NCBI RefSeq assembly: GCF_001194135.2
Contig: NC_068991.1
Coordinates: forward strand, 35,654,753 to 35,718,752
Reading direction: 5' to 3'
Origin: Octopus bimaculoides
Taxonomy: Eukaryota
DNA: 64,000 nt
Shown: piece by piece, positions 51,573 to 63,244 of the stretch
Numbering within the stretch: position 1 is the stretch's first letter
How the letters are laid out: each line of letters begins with the position of its first letter
Notes under the pieces: model-generated
The model's input: the letters and a program-made list of their open reading frames with translations, nothing else
What the model was told of the DNA's origin: nothing
Database searches by the model: none
Program-made: the position numbers and the translations under genes

Positions 51573-52837
51573 ATCCATTCACGACTACCTACACACCCAT
51601 AACCCTATTGCTAAAATTAACTCTACAGCCACTGACCTTAGCCAGAATAGACACAAGCATTTACTGCTAGATTTCTTCACCCATCTTTATAGGCGAGAAG
51701 AATACCACTGGCACCTACTACTCTCTTTAAATTCCTTTCATTTTGCTCTATTTTGTTTATTTTTTACGTTATCTTCCTCTGCCCCTCCCCCACTCTGTTA
51801 TCTTCTTGGCTATCTTTGAAAACACACGAAGAGTTAACTAGATTTAACTGGCTACGATATCAGAGATCAATGAGTCATTAAACAATCATCGCATATAAAA
51901 CAATAAGCACTGATGCCTAACTCTGAGGGCTAATCCACATCTTGTGGTATTTTTTCTCCGGACTAAATTTTTTAATCAGCTAAAGAAAACGGTTTTTTCA
52001 TGATGTAATCGAACTATTCATCAATAAAAAATGCATCTGAAACAGTTGTAGTGAACCTTTAACCCATTTGTATTCATATTTTATACAATCGCTGGACCTG
52101 GAATCTCCCCTATGTTTGATCTAGAACTTGCATTGTATCGTGAACTTACATGCGTCTTTGTATATATATATATATATNNNNNNNNNNNNNNNNNNNNNNN
52201 NNNNNNNNNNNNNNNNNNNNNNNNNNNNNNNNNNNNNNNNNNNNNNNNNNNNNNNNNNNNNNNNNNNNNNNNNNNNNNNNNNNNNNNNNNNNNNNNNNNN
52301 NNNNNNNNNNNNNNNNNNNNNNNNNNNNNNNNNNNNNNNNNNNNNNNNNNNNNNNNNNNNNNNNNNNNNNNNNNNNNNNNNNNNNNNNNNNNNNNNNNNN
52401 NNNNNNNNNNNNNNNNNNNNNNNNNNNNNNNNNNNNNNNNNNNNNNNNNNNNNNNNNNNNNNNNNNNNNNNNNNNNNNNNNNNNNNNNNNNNNNNNNNNN
52501 NNNNNNNNNNNNNNNNNNNNNNNNNNNNNNNNNNNNNNNNNNNNNNNNNNNNNNNNNNNNNNNNNNNNNNNNNNNNNNNNNNNNNNNNNNNNNNNNNNNN
52601 NNNNNNNNNNNNNNNNNNNNNNNNNNNNNNNNNNNNNNNNNNNNNNNNNNNNNNNNNNNNNNNNNNNNNNNNNNNNNNNNNNNNNNNNNNNNNNNNNNNN
52701 NNNNNNNNNNNNNNNNNNNNNNNNNNNNNNNNNNNNNNNNNNNNNNNNNNNNNNNNNNNNNNNNNNNNNNNNNNNNNNNNNNNNNNNNNNNNNNNNNNNN
52801 NNNNNNNNNNNNNNNNNNNNNNNNNNNNNNNNNNNNN

Positions 52838-52897
<60 letters not shown>

Positions 52898-52899
52898 AC

Positions 52900-53275
52900 A
52901 TGTATTCATCTTCCTATTCTCTACCTCTATAACTACTCCCTTAGTAACTTCATTATTAACACCCTCTTCTTGAACTCTTTTCTCCTCTCACCTTTCCCTG
53001 TCTCAGTATCCCCTCCCCAATTCCTCCACGTTTAATCATTCCATCTTTGAACTTCTCTGCACTTAGATCTTAGATCTGAAATGTAAGGTCTCTACTCTGA
53101 TGACGGAGGCTCATCTCATCCTATGTGAAATGCATCTATACAACCGAATTTTGTGATGAACTAAATCTACCAACATTATTATGGATCGCTGAGTCCCCAG
53201 AAACAGCTGTTTGACTTACAAGACTTTTCTTTCATTCCGTATCAGTTGGACCTATTAATATAAATATCTATATAT
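52900..53275 (+). mobile_element. Probable PLE 3'/pseudo-LTR fragment carrying an extended hammerhead-like motif
   Basis: Pyrimidine-rich tail like the other PLEs here; CTGATGA (53097) ... GAAACAGCTGTT (53200) with a paired stem II base. Confidence 0.5.
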
Positions 53276-54644
53276 TTATACATATAAATTCATCATCTGA
53301 AAGTTTTCACCATTTGATTTCTCTCGTGTTGCATGTATACATATATGCATATTTTGTATTTAATAAATCTAATATATTTGAAGTCTAATTTGTTTATCCT
53401 CATAATTGCTTCTATATGTACATAAATGTTTGTATGTATGTATATGCATGTGTATGAGGGTGTATATATATATATATATATACATATATATGTATATATA
53501 AACTCATATGCATACATAGCAGCATATACATAGGCGGTGCTCCAGTATGGCCACAGTCTGAAACAAACAAAAGAGTAAAAGAGTAAAAGATTAATATATA
53601 TATATATTATATATATGCAGGTGTAAGTATATATACGTGCATATGTATACATATGCATATAATACATATATATATATATATANNNNNNNNNNNNNNNNNN
53701 NNNNNNNNNNNNNNNNNNNNNNNNNNNNNNNNNNNNNNNNNNNNNNNNNNNNNNNNNNNNNNNNNNNNNNNNNNNNNNNNNNNNNNNNNNNNNNNNNNNN
53801 NNNNNNNNNNNNNNNNNNNNNNNNNNNNNNNNNNNNNNNNNNNNNNNNNNNNNNNNNNNNNNNNNNNNNNNNNNNNNNNNNNNNNNNNNNNNNNNNNNNN
53901 NNNNNNNNNNNNNNNNNNNNNNNNNNNNNNNNNNNNNNNNNNNNNNNNNNNNNNNNNNNNNNNNNNNNNNNNNNNNNNNNNNNNNNNNNNNNNNNNNNNN
54001 NNNNNNNNNNNNNNNNNNNNNNNNNNNNNNNNNNNNNNNNNNNNNNNNNNNNNNNNNNNNNNNNNNNNNNNNNNNNNNNNNNNNNNNNNNNNNNNNNNNN
54101 NNNNNNNNNNNNNNNNNNNNNNNNNNNNNNNNNNNNNNNNNNNNNNNNNNNNNNNNNNNNNNNNNNNNNNNNNNNNNNNNNNNNNNNNNNNNNNNNNNNN
54201 NNNNNNNNNNNNNNNNNNNNNNNNNNNNNNNNNNNNNNNNNNNNNNNNNNNNNNNNNNNNNNNNNNNNNNNNNNNNNNNNNNNNNNNNNNNNNNNNNNNN
54301 NNNNNNNNNNNNNNNNNNNNNNNNNNNNNNNNNNNNNNNNNNNNNNNNNNNNNNNNNNNNNNNNNNNNNNNNNNNNNNNNNNNNNNNNNNNNNNNNNNNN
54401 NNNNNNNNNNNNNNNNNNNNNNNNNNNNNNNNNNNNNNNNNNNNNNNNNNNNNNNNNNNNNNNNNNNNNNNNNNNNNNNAATTAATAAATTTCTTCTGCG
54501 AAAGTCTAAACACTTCTGGAATGCATCTTGTAGAGATAGATAGAAAGATAGAGATAGAAAGAGAGAGAGAGGGAAAAAGAAAGAGGGAGAGAGGGTGACA
54601 GAGAGAAGGAAAACTCACATACACATATATGTGTGTATGTATGC

Positions 54645-55027
54645 TCTTTTACTTGTTTCAGTCATCTGACTGCGGCCATGCTGGAGGACTTCCTTTATAG
54701 TCGAGCAAATAGCCCCCAGAGTTTATTCTTTGTAAGCCTAGTACTTATTCTATCGGTCTCTTTTGCCGAACCGCTAAGTTACGAGGACGTAAACACATCA
54801 GCATTGGCTGTCAAGCGATGCTGGGGGACAAACAGACACACAAACATATACACACACATATATATACATATACGACGGGCTTCTTCCAGTTTCCGTCTGC
54901 TAGATCCATTCACAAGGCTTTGGTCGGCCCGACGCTATAGTAGATGACACTTGCCCAAGGTGTCACGCAGTGGGACTGAACCCAGGATCATGTGGTTGAT
55001 AAGCAAGCTACATACCACACAGCCACA
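54645..55027 (-). mobile_element. Full composite tRNA-SINE
   Basis: Reverse complement of the 49041-49531 type, with a short internal CA/TA tract. Confidence 0.88.
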
Positions 55028-55895
55028 GGAGTAGCTGTGTGGTAAGTATATGTGTGGCTGTGTGGCTGTGTATATTTAATTCTATATATATATATATATA
55101 TATATATGAACATACATAGTAATAGAAATATATATGTTTAAATGCATGTGTATTATATATACATATTCAAATATTTATACGTATCTGTACACAACACATG
55201 CACACATGCGCGCACACGCAAATACACACACAAGCACACAAAAACACACACATACACGCATACATAGAGTTTTGTGTAAACTAGATTTGTTGGAATCATT
55301 TGTGAAATGTTCGTGCCTCTGAGAAAAAGAACAGAGAATAATAGCAAATATTTCTATGTGACTGAAGATACGTTTTTTGTATGTATGTATTTTATATTTG
55401 TATGTATGTTTGTTTGTATGTATGTATGTATGTATGTTTGTATGTATGTATGCGTGTATAATGAATGAAGTATCTCAGTATCGGGGAACGGCATTAGCGA
55501 TCAATAATCGCCTTATATTAAGGTCAAGTTTATCATATAAATCAACAGCAACCTACTCGCTGAAAGATTGGGAAGTTGGAATTGAGAAGATGATTATAGA
55601 TGTTCAAGAACAAATTTTAAATGCCAATAGCTAAATAGCAGCGCTGCTACACAACAACACGTATTTATGTAAAATATTTAGTCAGGTAGAAGATGAAGAA
55701 CAGCAAGATATTTCGTTTAATAAAGGAAAGATATATGTGTTTTTTTTTAATCGATATATTTAGATTTGAAGCTCAAAGAAGAAAAAAAGGGCTCCTACCT
55801 TCGTTTCCATTTATATCTGAAAATATGATTAATTGCTCCTAATAATATCGTGAAGCAGTGTAGTGGCACCTTAGAAAGCTGTGTGATGTGATGTG

Positions 55896-55937
<42 letters not shown>

Positions 55938-56337
55938 NNNNNNNNNNNNNNNNNNNNNNNNNNNNNNNNNNNNNNNNNNNNNNNNNNNNNNNNNNNNNNN
56001 NNNNNNNNNNNNNNNNNNNNNNNNNNNNNNNNNNNNNNNNNNNNNNNNNNNNNNNNNNNNNNNNNNNNNNNNNNNNNNNNNNNNNNNNNNNNNNNNNNNN
56101 NNNNNNNNNNNNNNNNNNNNNNNNNNNNNNNNNNNNNNNNNNNNNNNNNNNNNNNNNNNNNNNNNNNNNNNNNNNNNNNNNNNNNNNNNNNNNNNNNNNN
56201 NNNNNNNNNNNNNNNNNNNNNNNNNNNNNNNNNNNNNNNNNNNNNNNNNNNNNNNNNNNNNNNNNNNNNNNNNNNNNNNNNNNNNNNNNNNNNNNNNNNN
56301 NNNNNNNNNNNNNNNNNNNNNNNNNNNNNNNNNNNNN

Positions 56338-56371
<34 letters not shown>

Positions 56372-56696
56372 TATATATAAAAATATGATCCGGAGATCCG
56401 AGTGTAGGAAGTCGGTAAACTTCAGGTAGTGAATGGTAGGTATAGAGAACAAACTGTGGACAGTGTATCATAAAGAACGATAACAATTCATTGGCGCCAA
56501 GAATTATACATGTTTTCCTATATCGAAGTTGCGGGGAAATTCGATAAGCTGACAGTTTCTATATAGCTTACAGTTAGCAACTAGAGTTGCTAGTAAGGTG
56601 AATAAATATCCAAATTGAGAGAGTAGAATAGGTAAAATGTACCTTACATATGTTTCTTAGCTAGCTGAAGCTCTTTATGCGACGAGATATGCTCCG

Positions 56697-57141
56697 GCGA
56701 TAAGGCAAAGGCTGAGACCCAAAATTTGCAAGAGTTGGTGTGTGGCTTAGAGTTGAAGAGTAGGAAGGAAAAGAAAGGGGAAGAAAGAAGAAAGGAAAAT
56801 AGAAAATAATTGTTATCTTTAAGGGGAAAATAATGTGACAAGAGATTTTACCGACTGTTAGAATCCTGTCGTTCAAGTTAATGAGGATAAAAGGGGTGGT
56901 GTTCGCGTTGCAGAATACAAGGCACCAGTACACACACTCAAGCACCAATACAAATGCACACGTACACACCAACCGCGAGCACGTATTTATGATCACAATA
57001 TTTCCCCCTTAACGATAACATCATTTTCTCTTTTTTCTTCTTTATTTCCATTTCTTTCTCTTTCCTTTCTGTCTCTTTTCCTTCCTACTCTAAGCCACAC
57101 CGACTCTTGCATAATTTAGGTCTCACCATTTGCTTTATCGC
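56697..57141. mobile_element. MITE-like element with ~145-bp imperfect terminal inverted repeats
   Basis: 56697-56838 (GCGATAAGGCAAAGGCTGAGACCCAAAATTTGCAAGAGTTGG..AAGGGGAAAATAATGTGA) matches the reverse complement of 56993-57141; spacer is ~150 bp. Confidence 0.7.
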
Positions 57142-57356
57142 GTATTGGCTATCTTGACATACTTCTTGACTTATTTGCTTTTTACTTATTTTTATTTTTT
57201 ACTAATAGCTTCTCTATTAAGTTAAACTCACCGCTGTGTTTGGAAAAAAGGGTGGGGAGAACTGGACCCCCTCATCCCGGAATCACTGGAATTTTTTTCT
57301 TTTAGTCGAATGAATTGCGGTGACCTCCTAATATGGCACAAAGCCTTTTTTTTTGG

Positions 57357-58567
57357 AAAATGGGGTGAGGCGTGGTGGAACCCTCGGAAATTTCACCCCA
57401 CCACTCCCAACATGTTATAGAAGTACGTTTTCCAGAGTGTTGATTACATGGTTCGTCATTAAATATATAGAGAATGTGAATTAATATGTTAACATTTATA
57501 TTGTGTGTATTTTATGGTGAAACTAATTTTTCCTGAAGTCGTAGTGTATGCATATATATTTATATATTAATATTAATATATTAATATATNNNNNNNNNNN
57601 NNNNNNNNNNNNNNNNNNNNNNNNNNNNNNNNNNNNNNNNNNNNNNNNNNNNNNNNNNNNNNNNNNNNNNNNNNNNNNNNNNNNNNNNNNNNNNNNNNNN
57701 NNNNNNNNNNNNNNNNNNNNNNNNNNNNNNNNNNNNNNNNNNNNNNNNNNNNNNNNNNNNNNNNNNNNNNNNNNNNNNNNNNNNNNNNNNNNNNNNNNNN
57801 NNNNNNNNNNNNNNNNNNNNNNNNNNNNNNNNNNNNNNNNNNNNNNNNNNNNNNNNNNNNNNNNNNNNNNNNNNNNNNNNNNNNNNNNNNNNNNNNNNNN
57901 NNNNNNNNNNNNNNNNNNNNNNNNNNNNNNNNNNNNNNNNNNNNNNNNNNNNNNNNNNNNNNNNNNNNNNNNNNNNNNNNNNNNNNNNNNNNNNNNNNNN
58001 NNNNNNNNNNNNNNNNNNNNNNNNNNNNNNNNNNNNNNNNNNNNNNNNNNNNNNNNNNNNNNNNNNNNNNNNNNNNNNNNNNNNNNNNNNNNNNNNNNNN
58101 NNNNNNNNNNNNNNNNNNNNNNNNNNNNNNNNNNNNNNNNNNNNNNNNNNNNNNNNNNNNNNNNNNNNNNNNNNNNNNNNNNNNNNNNNNNNNNNNNNNN
58201 NNNNNNNNNNNNTATATATATATATATATATATATTAATATTAATATATTAATATATATCAATATATTAATATATTAATATATTAATATATATCAATATA
58301 TTAATATATATATATAAATATATTAATATATGTATATACATATAAAGCCATGATAGATCGTTGACCAAAGACCATTAAATTTTTTTCTCCGTGTTTTTCT
58401 CCTTGTTTTCTCCGTATTCTTTCTGTTAAAGAGCGTAGCTCGAAACGTTAAAGACTTTCTGTATTCCCGAGCGTCAAACTAATACATCGTTTTGTTGTTT
58501 ACACCACCTGTCCTCGTCTGTTGTTGTTTTTTTTGTACATTCTCCCACATATATATGTATATATATT

Positions 58568-58607
<40 letters not shown>

Positions 58608-58816
58608 AATATATATATATGCATACACTATGACTTTAGAAAAAATATTTTCAGCATAATACACACAATATAAATGTTAGCATATTAATTTACATTCTGT
58701 ATATATTTAATAACGAACCATGTAATCCACACTCTGGAAAACGTATTTCTGTAAAATTTTGAGAGTGGTGGGGTGTGTGAAATTTCCGAGTTTTCCACCC
58801 TACCTTATCCCGTTTT
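57357..58816. mobile_element. Foldback element: ~200-bp inverted arms around an AT-palindromic centre with a nested PLE pseudo-LTR
   Basis: 57357-57555 matches the reverse complement of 58615-58816 (e.g. TACGTTTTCCAGAGTGTTGATTACATGGTTCG / CGAACCATGTAATCCACACTCTGGAAAACGTA). The centre has (AATATATT)n, a gap and 58345-58550. Confidence 0.8.
58345..58550 (+). mobile_element. Solo PLE pseudo-LTR related to those at 24600-24780 and 34260-34430
   Basis: TTCTGTTAAAGAGCGTAGCTCGAAACGTTAAAGACTTT..CCCGAGCGTCAAACTAATACA..ACACCACCTGTC. Confidence 0.8.
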
Positions 58817-60639
58817 AATATTTCACACATGCGCGCGGGTACATACACACACGTACACACATATGAAAGTTCTTGGTGGATCTAGTGTCTTACTGTATGA
58901 TTGAAAGCTATATCAACCCTAGAACTGGACGTCACTTCATAGTGTCGATGGTCTCATTCTTTCCATCTAGAGTAAAGACCTAATAATTTAACAGCTTAAG
59001 GTTCAGAGCCCCACGGCTTTTCATTACCTTACTAGGATCCTCATAGATCTTCGAGGTATTGATGTATCCACAACGTGGATGTTGATGTATTTAGAAAGTA
59101 CTTAATGCACATTCGTATTTGAGATATCAGATGAATCAATACCACGATAAGAAACGCAAATAAGGCTGGTGTTGGCGAAGCCAGCAATGCCCTTTAACGA
59201 AACCAGATATAGAGAGAAGCCGTCGAAATGACGTGATTAAACTAACACTGACACCAATAGTAGTGTTTCATCATGGCTACAGCCTCTAGTTGAAACAGGT
59301 AAATGTGAAAGTAAAATATATATGTGTATTCATATATGTATTTGTACATATATTGGTTAAGGTGTTGGACAAGCAATCATTGCGCCATCATTTCGAATCC
59401 TCGACAAAATGAAAATCAAAATTAAAAATCAAATCTTAAAAATTAGAAGTTAAAATGTTGAAAATTAGCAGTCAAAAAATTAGAACAATTCTTTTTAAAT
59501 GTAACACTATAAGTATATATAAAATAATATGGAATAAATTATTTGGTGAAATATTATATATGATAATATATCAATATTAAAATGTAACGTATTATATAAA
59601 GCTATGAAATTAAAAAATATATAAAGTTTCTACCTAAACGTGTGATGTTCTGTGTGTGTGTAGGTAAATGTCTTGTGATAATACATGAAATTACAATAAA
59701 ATATGGATATAAATTATACGAAAATATAAAAGTAATAAAACGTAAAGACATATGTCTATGTATGTACATAGCTGTAAGTCCTTACATGTGCGCACCTAAA
59801 TCCTCCCATACATCTACATATACACTCATCCACACTCACACATCCACGTGCATGGGTGCTCAGTTCTATATAAATTGATAAATTTGAACAAAAATATATA
59901 AATTAACAGAATAAAATAAAAATTAATAAAATTTTGTAATTCATGAAGATTCATAATATTTCTTGCTGACATTGTAGACAATGTGGCTGAAATATTAGAA
60001 AATATTTACTGGTGTCTGGCCAGCTCCCAGAAGCTTCACTTTCAGCGTTTAGACAGGTGCTAGGGTTCAGTGAGCTCTTCAGAATAAGTCACCTTTCTCC
60101 TTTATGGAGCGCACACCTTCTGTTGCCGCTGGTATAGGGCTTACTTTTTTTTCGAGCCATCCAGTTGATTGTTGGTGGACCGCTCTTTTAAATCCTATAT
60201 ATTGCTGGAAAGCACTTAGCTGTTGCATTTGTTAATTTATTTAATTCATTTTTTATATACTTTTAATTCTTTAATTCTCCATTTTTTAATCTTTAGTAAT
60301 TTAAAATTTTAAAATTTTCATATTTTAATTAAAATTTTTAGTGGTTCAATTCTTAATTTTTTATTTATGATGAATTTATTTTTAATTTTTATTTACGCTT
60401 TTAGTTCTTAATTTTTTACTTTTTTAATTTTATTTTAAATTTATGTGTTTTGATTTATTCTTACTAAACTCAACCTTCACGCATGTACAACAGTAACTTG
60501 ATCAAAATCTCATAATTAAGTCTAGCAGAGTTGTTCTCCTTCAAAAGTAAATGGTTTGGTGATACACCGGTGGTACTTTTCCCTGTAAGGGACATACACA
60601 ACAACTGATGAATGGTGGTCGAAAATCGGATGAAGCTGT

Positions 60640-60816
60640 TCTATATTTAAGAGACGAGGAATTATGCATATCATTTACATTATTTACATTTGACGGATAT
60701 TTCTCCTCATCTTGTTTGTTGTTAAGACAACGTTTCGGCTGATATATCCTCTAGCCTTCATCAGGTGTCTTGGGGAAATTTCGAACCTGGGTTCTCATTC
60801 CTAAGGTATTTTTCGA

Positions 60817-60870
<54 letters not shown>
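60640..60870 (-). mobile_element. Short non-autonomous repeat with a minimal hammerhead motif next to an (ATT)n tract
   Basis: Minus strand AAGACAC-CTGATGA-A-GGCT AGAGGATATATC AGCC-GAAA-CG-TT-GTCTT. Confidence 0.65.
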
Positions 60871-60871
<1 letters not shown>

Positions 60872-61255
60872 CACAGTAATTATACGGAACATTTAAATCG
60901 CTAAAATATGTCAGACTAGAGCTTGATAGCTTGAAATTAGCTGCATATTTTTGTAATGGAAATTATTAAGGAGAACTGGCAAAAACCTTTCTTAGCAAAA
61001 TTAATTTTTAGCAAAATTAATTTTTAGCAAATTGGAAATGTGTATAAAAAATTACATTGTTTTCTCAGTAGATGGCTTCACTTTTTTTAATCACTCCTCC
61101 CCATACTCGCGTTCTTCTGTCAGCATGGCAACTGCCGCCTCACTCGACCAGATGCTCTGCCGTTCATTGTTACCTATGAAGAACTGTAACTTCGGAACTG
61201 TACCACGTGGTCTGGTATTCGAGAAGTCTTGTTGGGATGCCAGTGCTACTTAGTT

Positions 61256-61461
61256 ATTGGTTTCAAGTTTTGGCACAGGGCCAGCAATTTCGAAAGAAAG
61301 GATAAGTGGTTTACATCGATCAACTAGTACTTATTTTATAGACCTCGAAAGAAATGAAAGGCAAAGTGAATCTCAGTGGAATTTGAACTCAGAACGTAAA
61401 GACGGACGAAATGCCGCTAAACATTTTGCCTGGTATGCTAACGATTCTGCCAGCTCGTCGC
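61256..61461 (-). mobile_element. tRNA-SINE copy
   Basis: GACCTCGAAAGAAATGAAAGGCAAAGTG..GGAATTTGAACTCAGAACGTAAAGACGGACG..GATTCTGCCAGCTCGTCGC. Confidence 0.85.
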
Positions 61462-61836
61462 TTAGTTATTGGATGCTCTTCTTATTACATTGCAGTCACC
61501 TCTTTTTTATTGATTCAGAAACCGTATTTCATGCTATGCAGTTGTACTTCTACATAAAGACATTCAAGATACTGACCTGTCTGGTCAGTACTTGGTTCGT
61601 AGACTATGTAATTGTATTTTCACACTAACACGGCCTGTGAATGTAACTACTTTGTAGTTTACCAATCATACTGGTCAGTGCTTAGCTCTATGATGCACTT
61701 CACCAAGATTGATTGAAGCCACTTTTCGTTTTGCGGCTCCAAAAAGAGAAGCTGAATTCCTAGCTATATTTTGCTACACTGTCTCAGCTGAAGATCAAAG
61801 GAGTGTTGAGCAAAGGAAGTACTCTGTCTACTTGAA

Positions 61837-61919
61837 ATGGCGAACGAATATTTCACAAGTTCTAGTTACAGCAGACTAGGTCACATTCCGGAAACTGTAC
61901 TGGACATACCGCCTTGGAA
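61837..61919 (+). CDS. Candidate first coding exon of an unidentified host gene (MANEYFTSSSYSRLGHIPETVLDIPPW..)
   Basis: GAAATGG Kozak-like ATG with an upstream in-frame stop, 27 open codons, a consensus donor AA|GTGAGT, and a possible 5'-UTR acceptor CTGTCTCAG| upstream. No homology recognised. Confidence 0.35.
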
Positions 61920-63244
61920 GTGAGTTTCTTTATTTTCTTAGCTTTATGGCATCACAATCTCAATAGTTTTGAATGTTTACCATATGAATATTAGATGCAC
62001 AATTTCACATATATTTTTTCATAAATAACTGCAAGAAAATAATAAATTCAAGAAAATGTTCTTTTTTCTTAATAAAAAAGACGTAACAACAAATTCTGTG
62101 TTTTTAAATGTTTGATTTAAATAAGTAGAATNNNNNNNNNNNNNNNNNNNNNNNNNNNNNNNNNNNNNNNNNNNNNNNNNNNNNNNNNNNNNNNNNNNNN
62201 NNNNNNNNNNNNNNNNNNNNNNNNNNNNNNNNNNNNNNNNNNNNTATATATATATATATATATATATTGTGAACTATGAAATATAAGATATTTCAAGCAA
62301 ATAGATAGTGAAGAGTATAAAAATAATTGAAATTTATGTCATTATAAAAACATAAATATAAAAGAGTAATTAATGTAAATAGTTCGATAAGTATTTAAGA
62401 AGTAAAATATTATTTTTCCTTTACTTGTACGAAACGTATAACTTAGATATAATTAAATAATGAAAAAAAATTGCGGTAAAATTTATCACTTTAACTGATT
62501 TGAATACGCTAAATGAACATGTTTGTTGGGTATAATACATGATAAATTCAAATGTCTTAAAAATATGTGAAAAACACGTAACTATAAAAATCTAGGAATA
62601 TAACCTAAACATCAACTTTTATGGTTACTTTTAAGATGCTTTCAGATAACAAGCACAAGTAACGTAAGATCAATTCACATGAAAGTTGGAGAGGACACAT
62701 GAACTAAAATTGAATAGATGATATTTCAAGTTTTGGCTAACAACATTTTATAATTGCCGATAAAACATCATATACACATGTCAATACAGTGTGTAAATAT
62801 ATAGATAATGGTTTCTGATGTTAATAAGAAGTGAGTGAAATTACAGTTGTTTCTAAAAGCAATTTGTTATGGCTTTTAAAGTTAGAAAAAAGTTGTGTTT
62901 TGGTCTAGGAAATTAAAATCAAATTGAAAACAGAAATGGCTTGATAAATAAAAGCATCTCACTGTGAGTAAAATATTATGCCACCAGGAAGTTTTATATA
63001 TATTTAATACTCGTGGAAATGAAAAAGAACAAATTCTAGGATATTAGATATGAAAATAGCTCAAATGAAATTATAAAAATATGGAAAGGAAATATATACC
63101 CATTTATTCTTGTTTTAGTTTTTGGACTGTGTACATACATAATACATACATACAAACAAACAATCATACATACATACATACATACATACATCCATACATG
63201 CATACATACATACATACATACATACATACATACATAACTGCTAG

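Noticed and set aside
52081-58262. Long ORFs (200-440 aa) in the ORF track
   Set aside because: They consist of X from N-gaps plus microsatellite translations; the same applies to those spanning the other gaps.
59400-60460. A-rich left and T-rich right segments as long inverted repeats
   Set aside because: Only compositional mirror symmetry; no alignable sequence identity found by eye.
60605-60630. CTGATGA...GAAA motif on the plus strand
   Set aside because: The intervening 9 nt cannot form stem II, and stems I and III do not pair.
61032-61253. GC-richer ORF on either strand
   Set aside because: No homology recognised and weak splice signals; cannot distinguish exon from old repeat.
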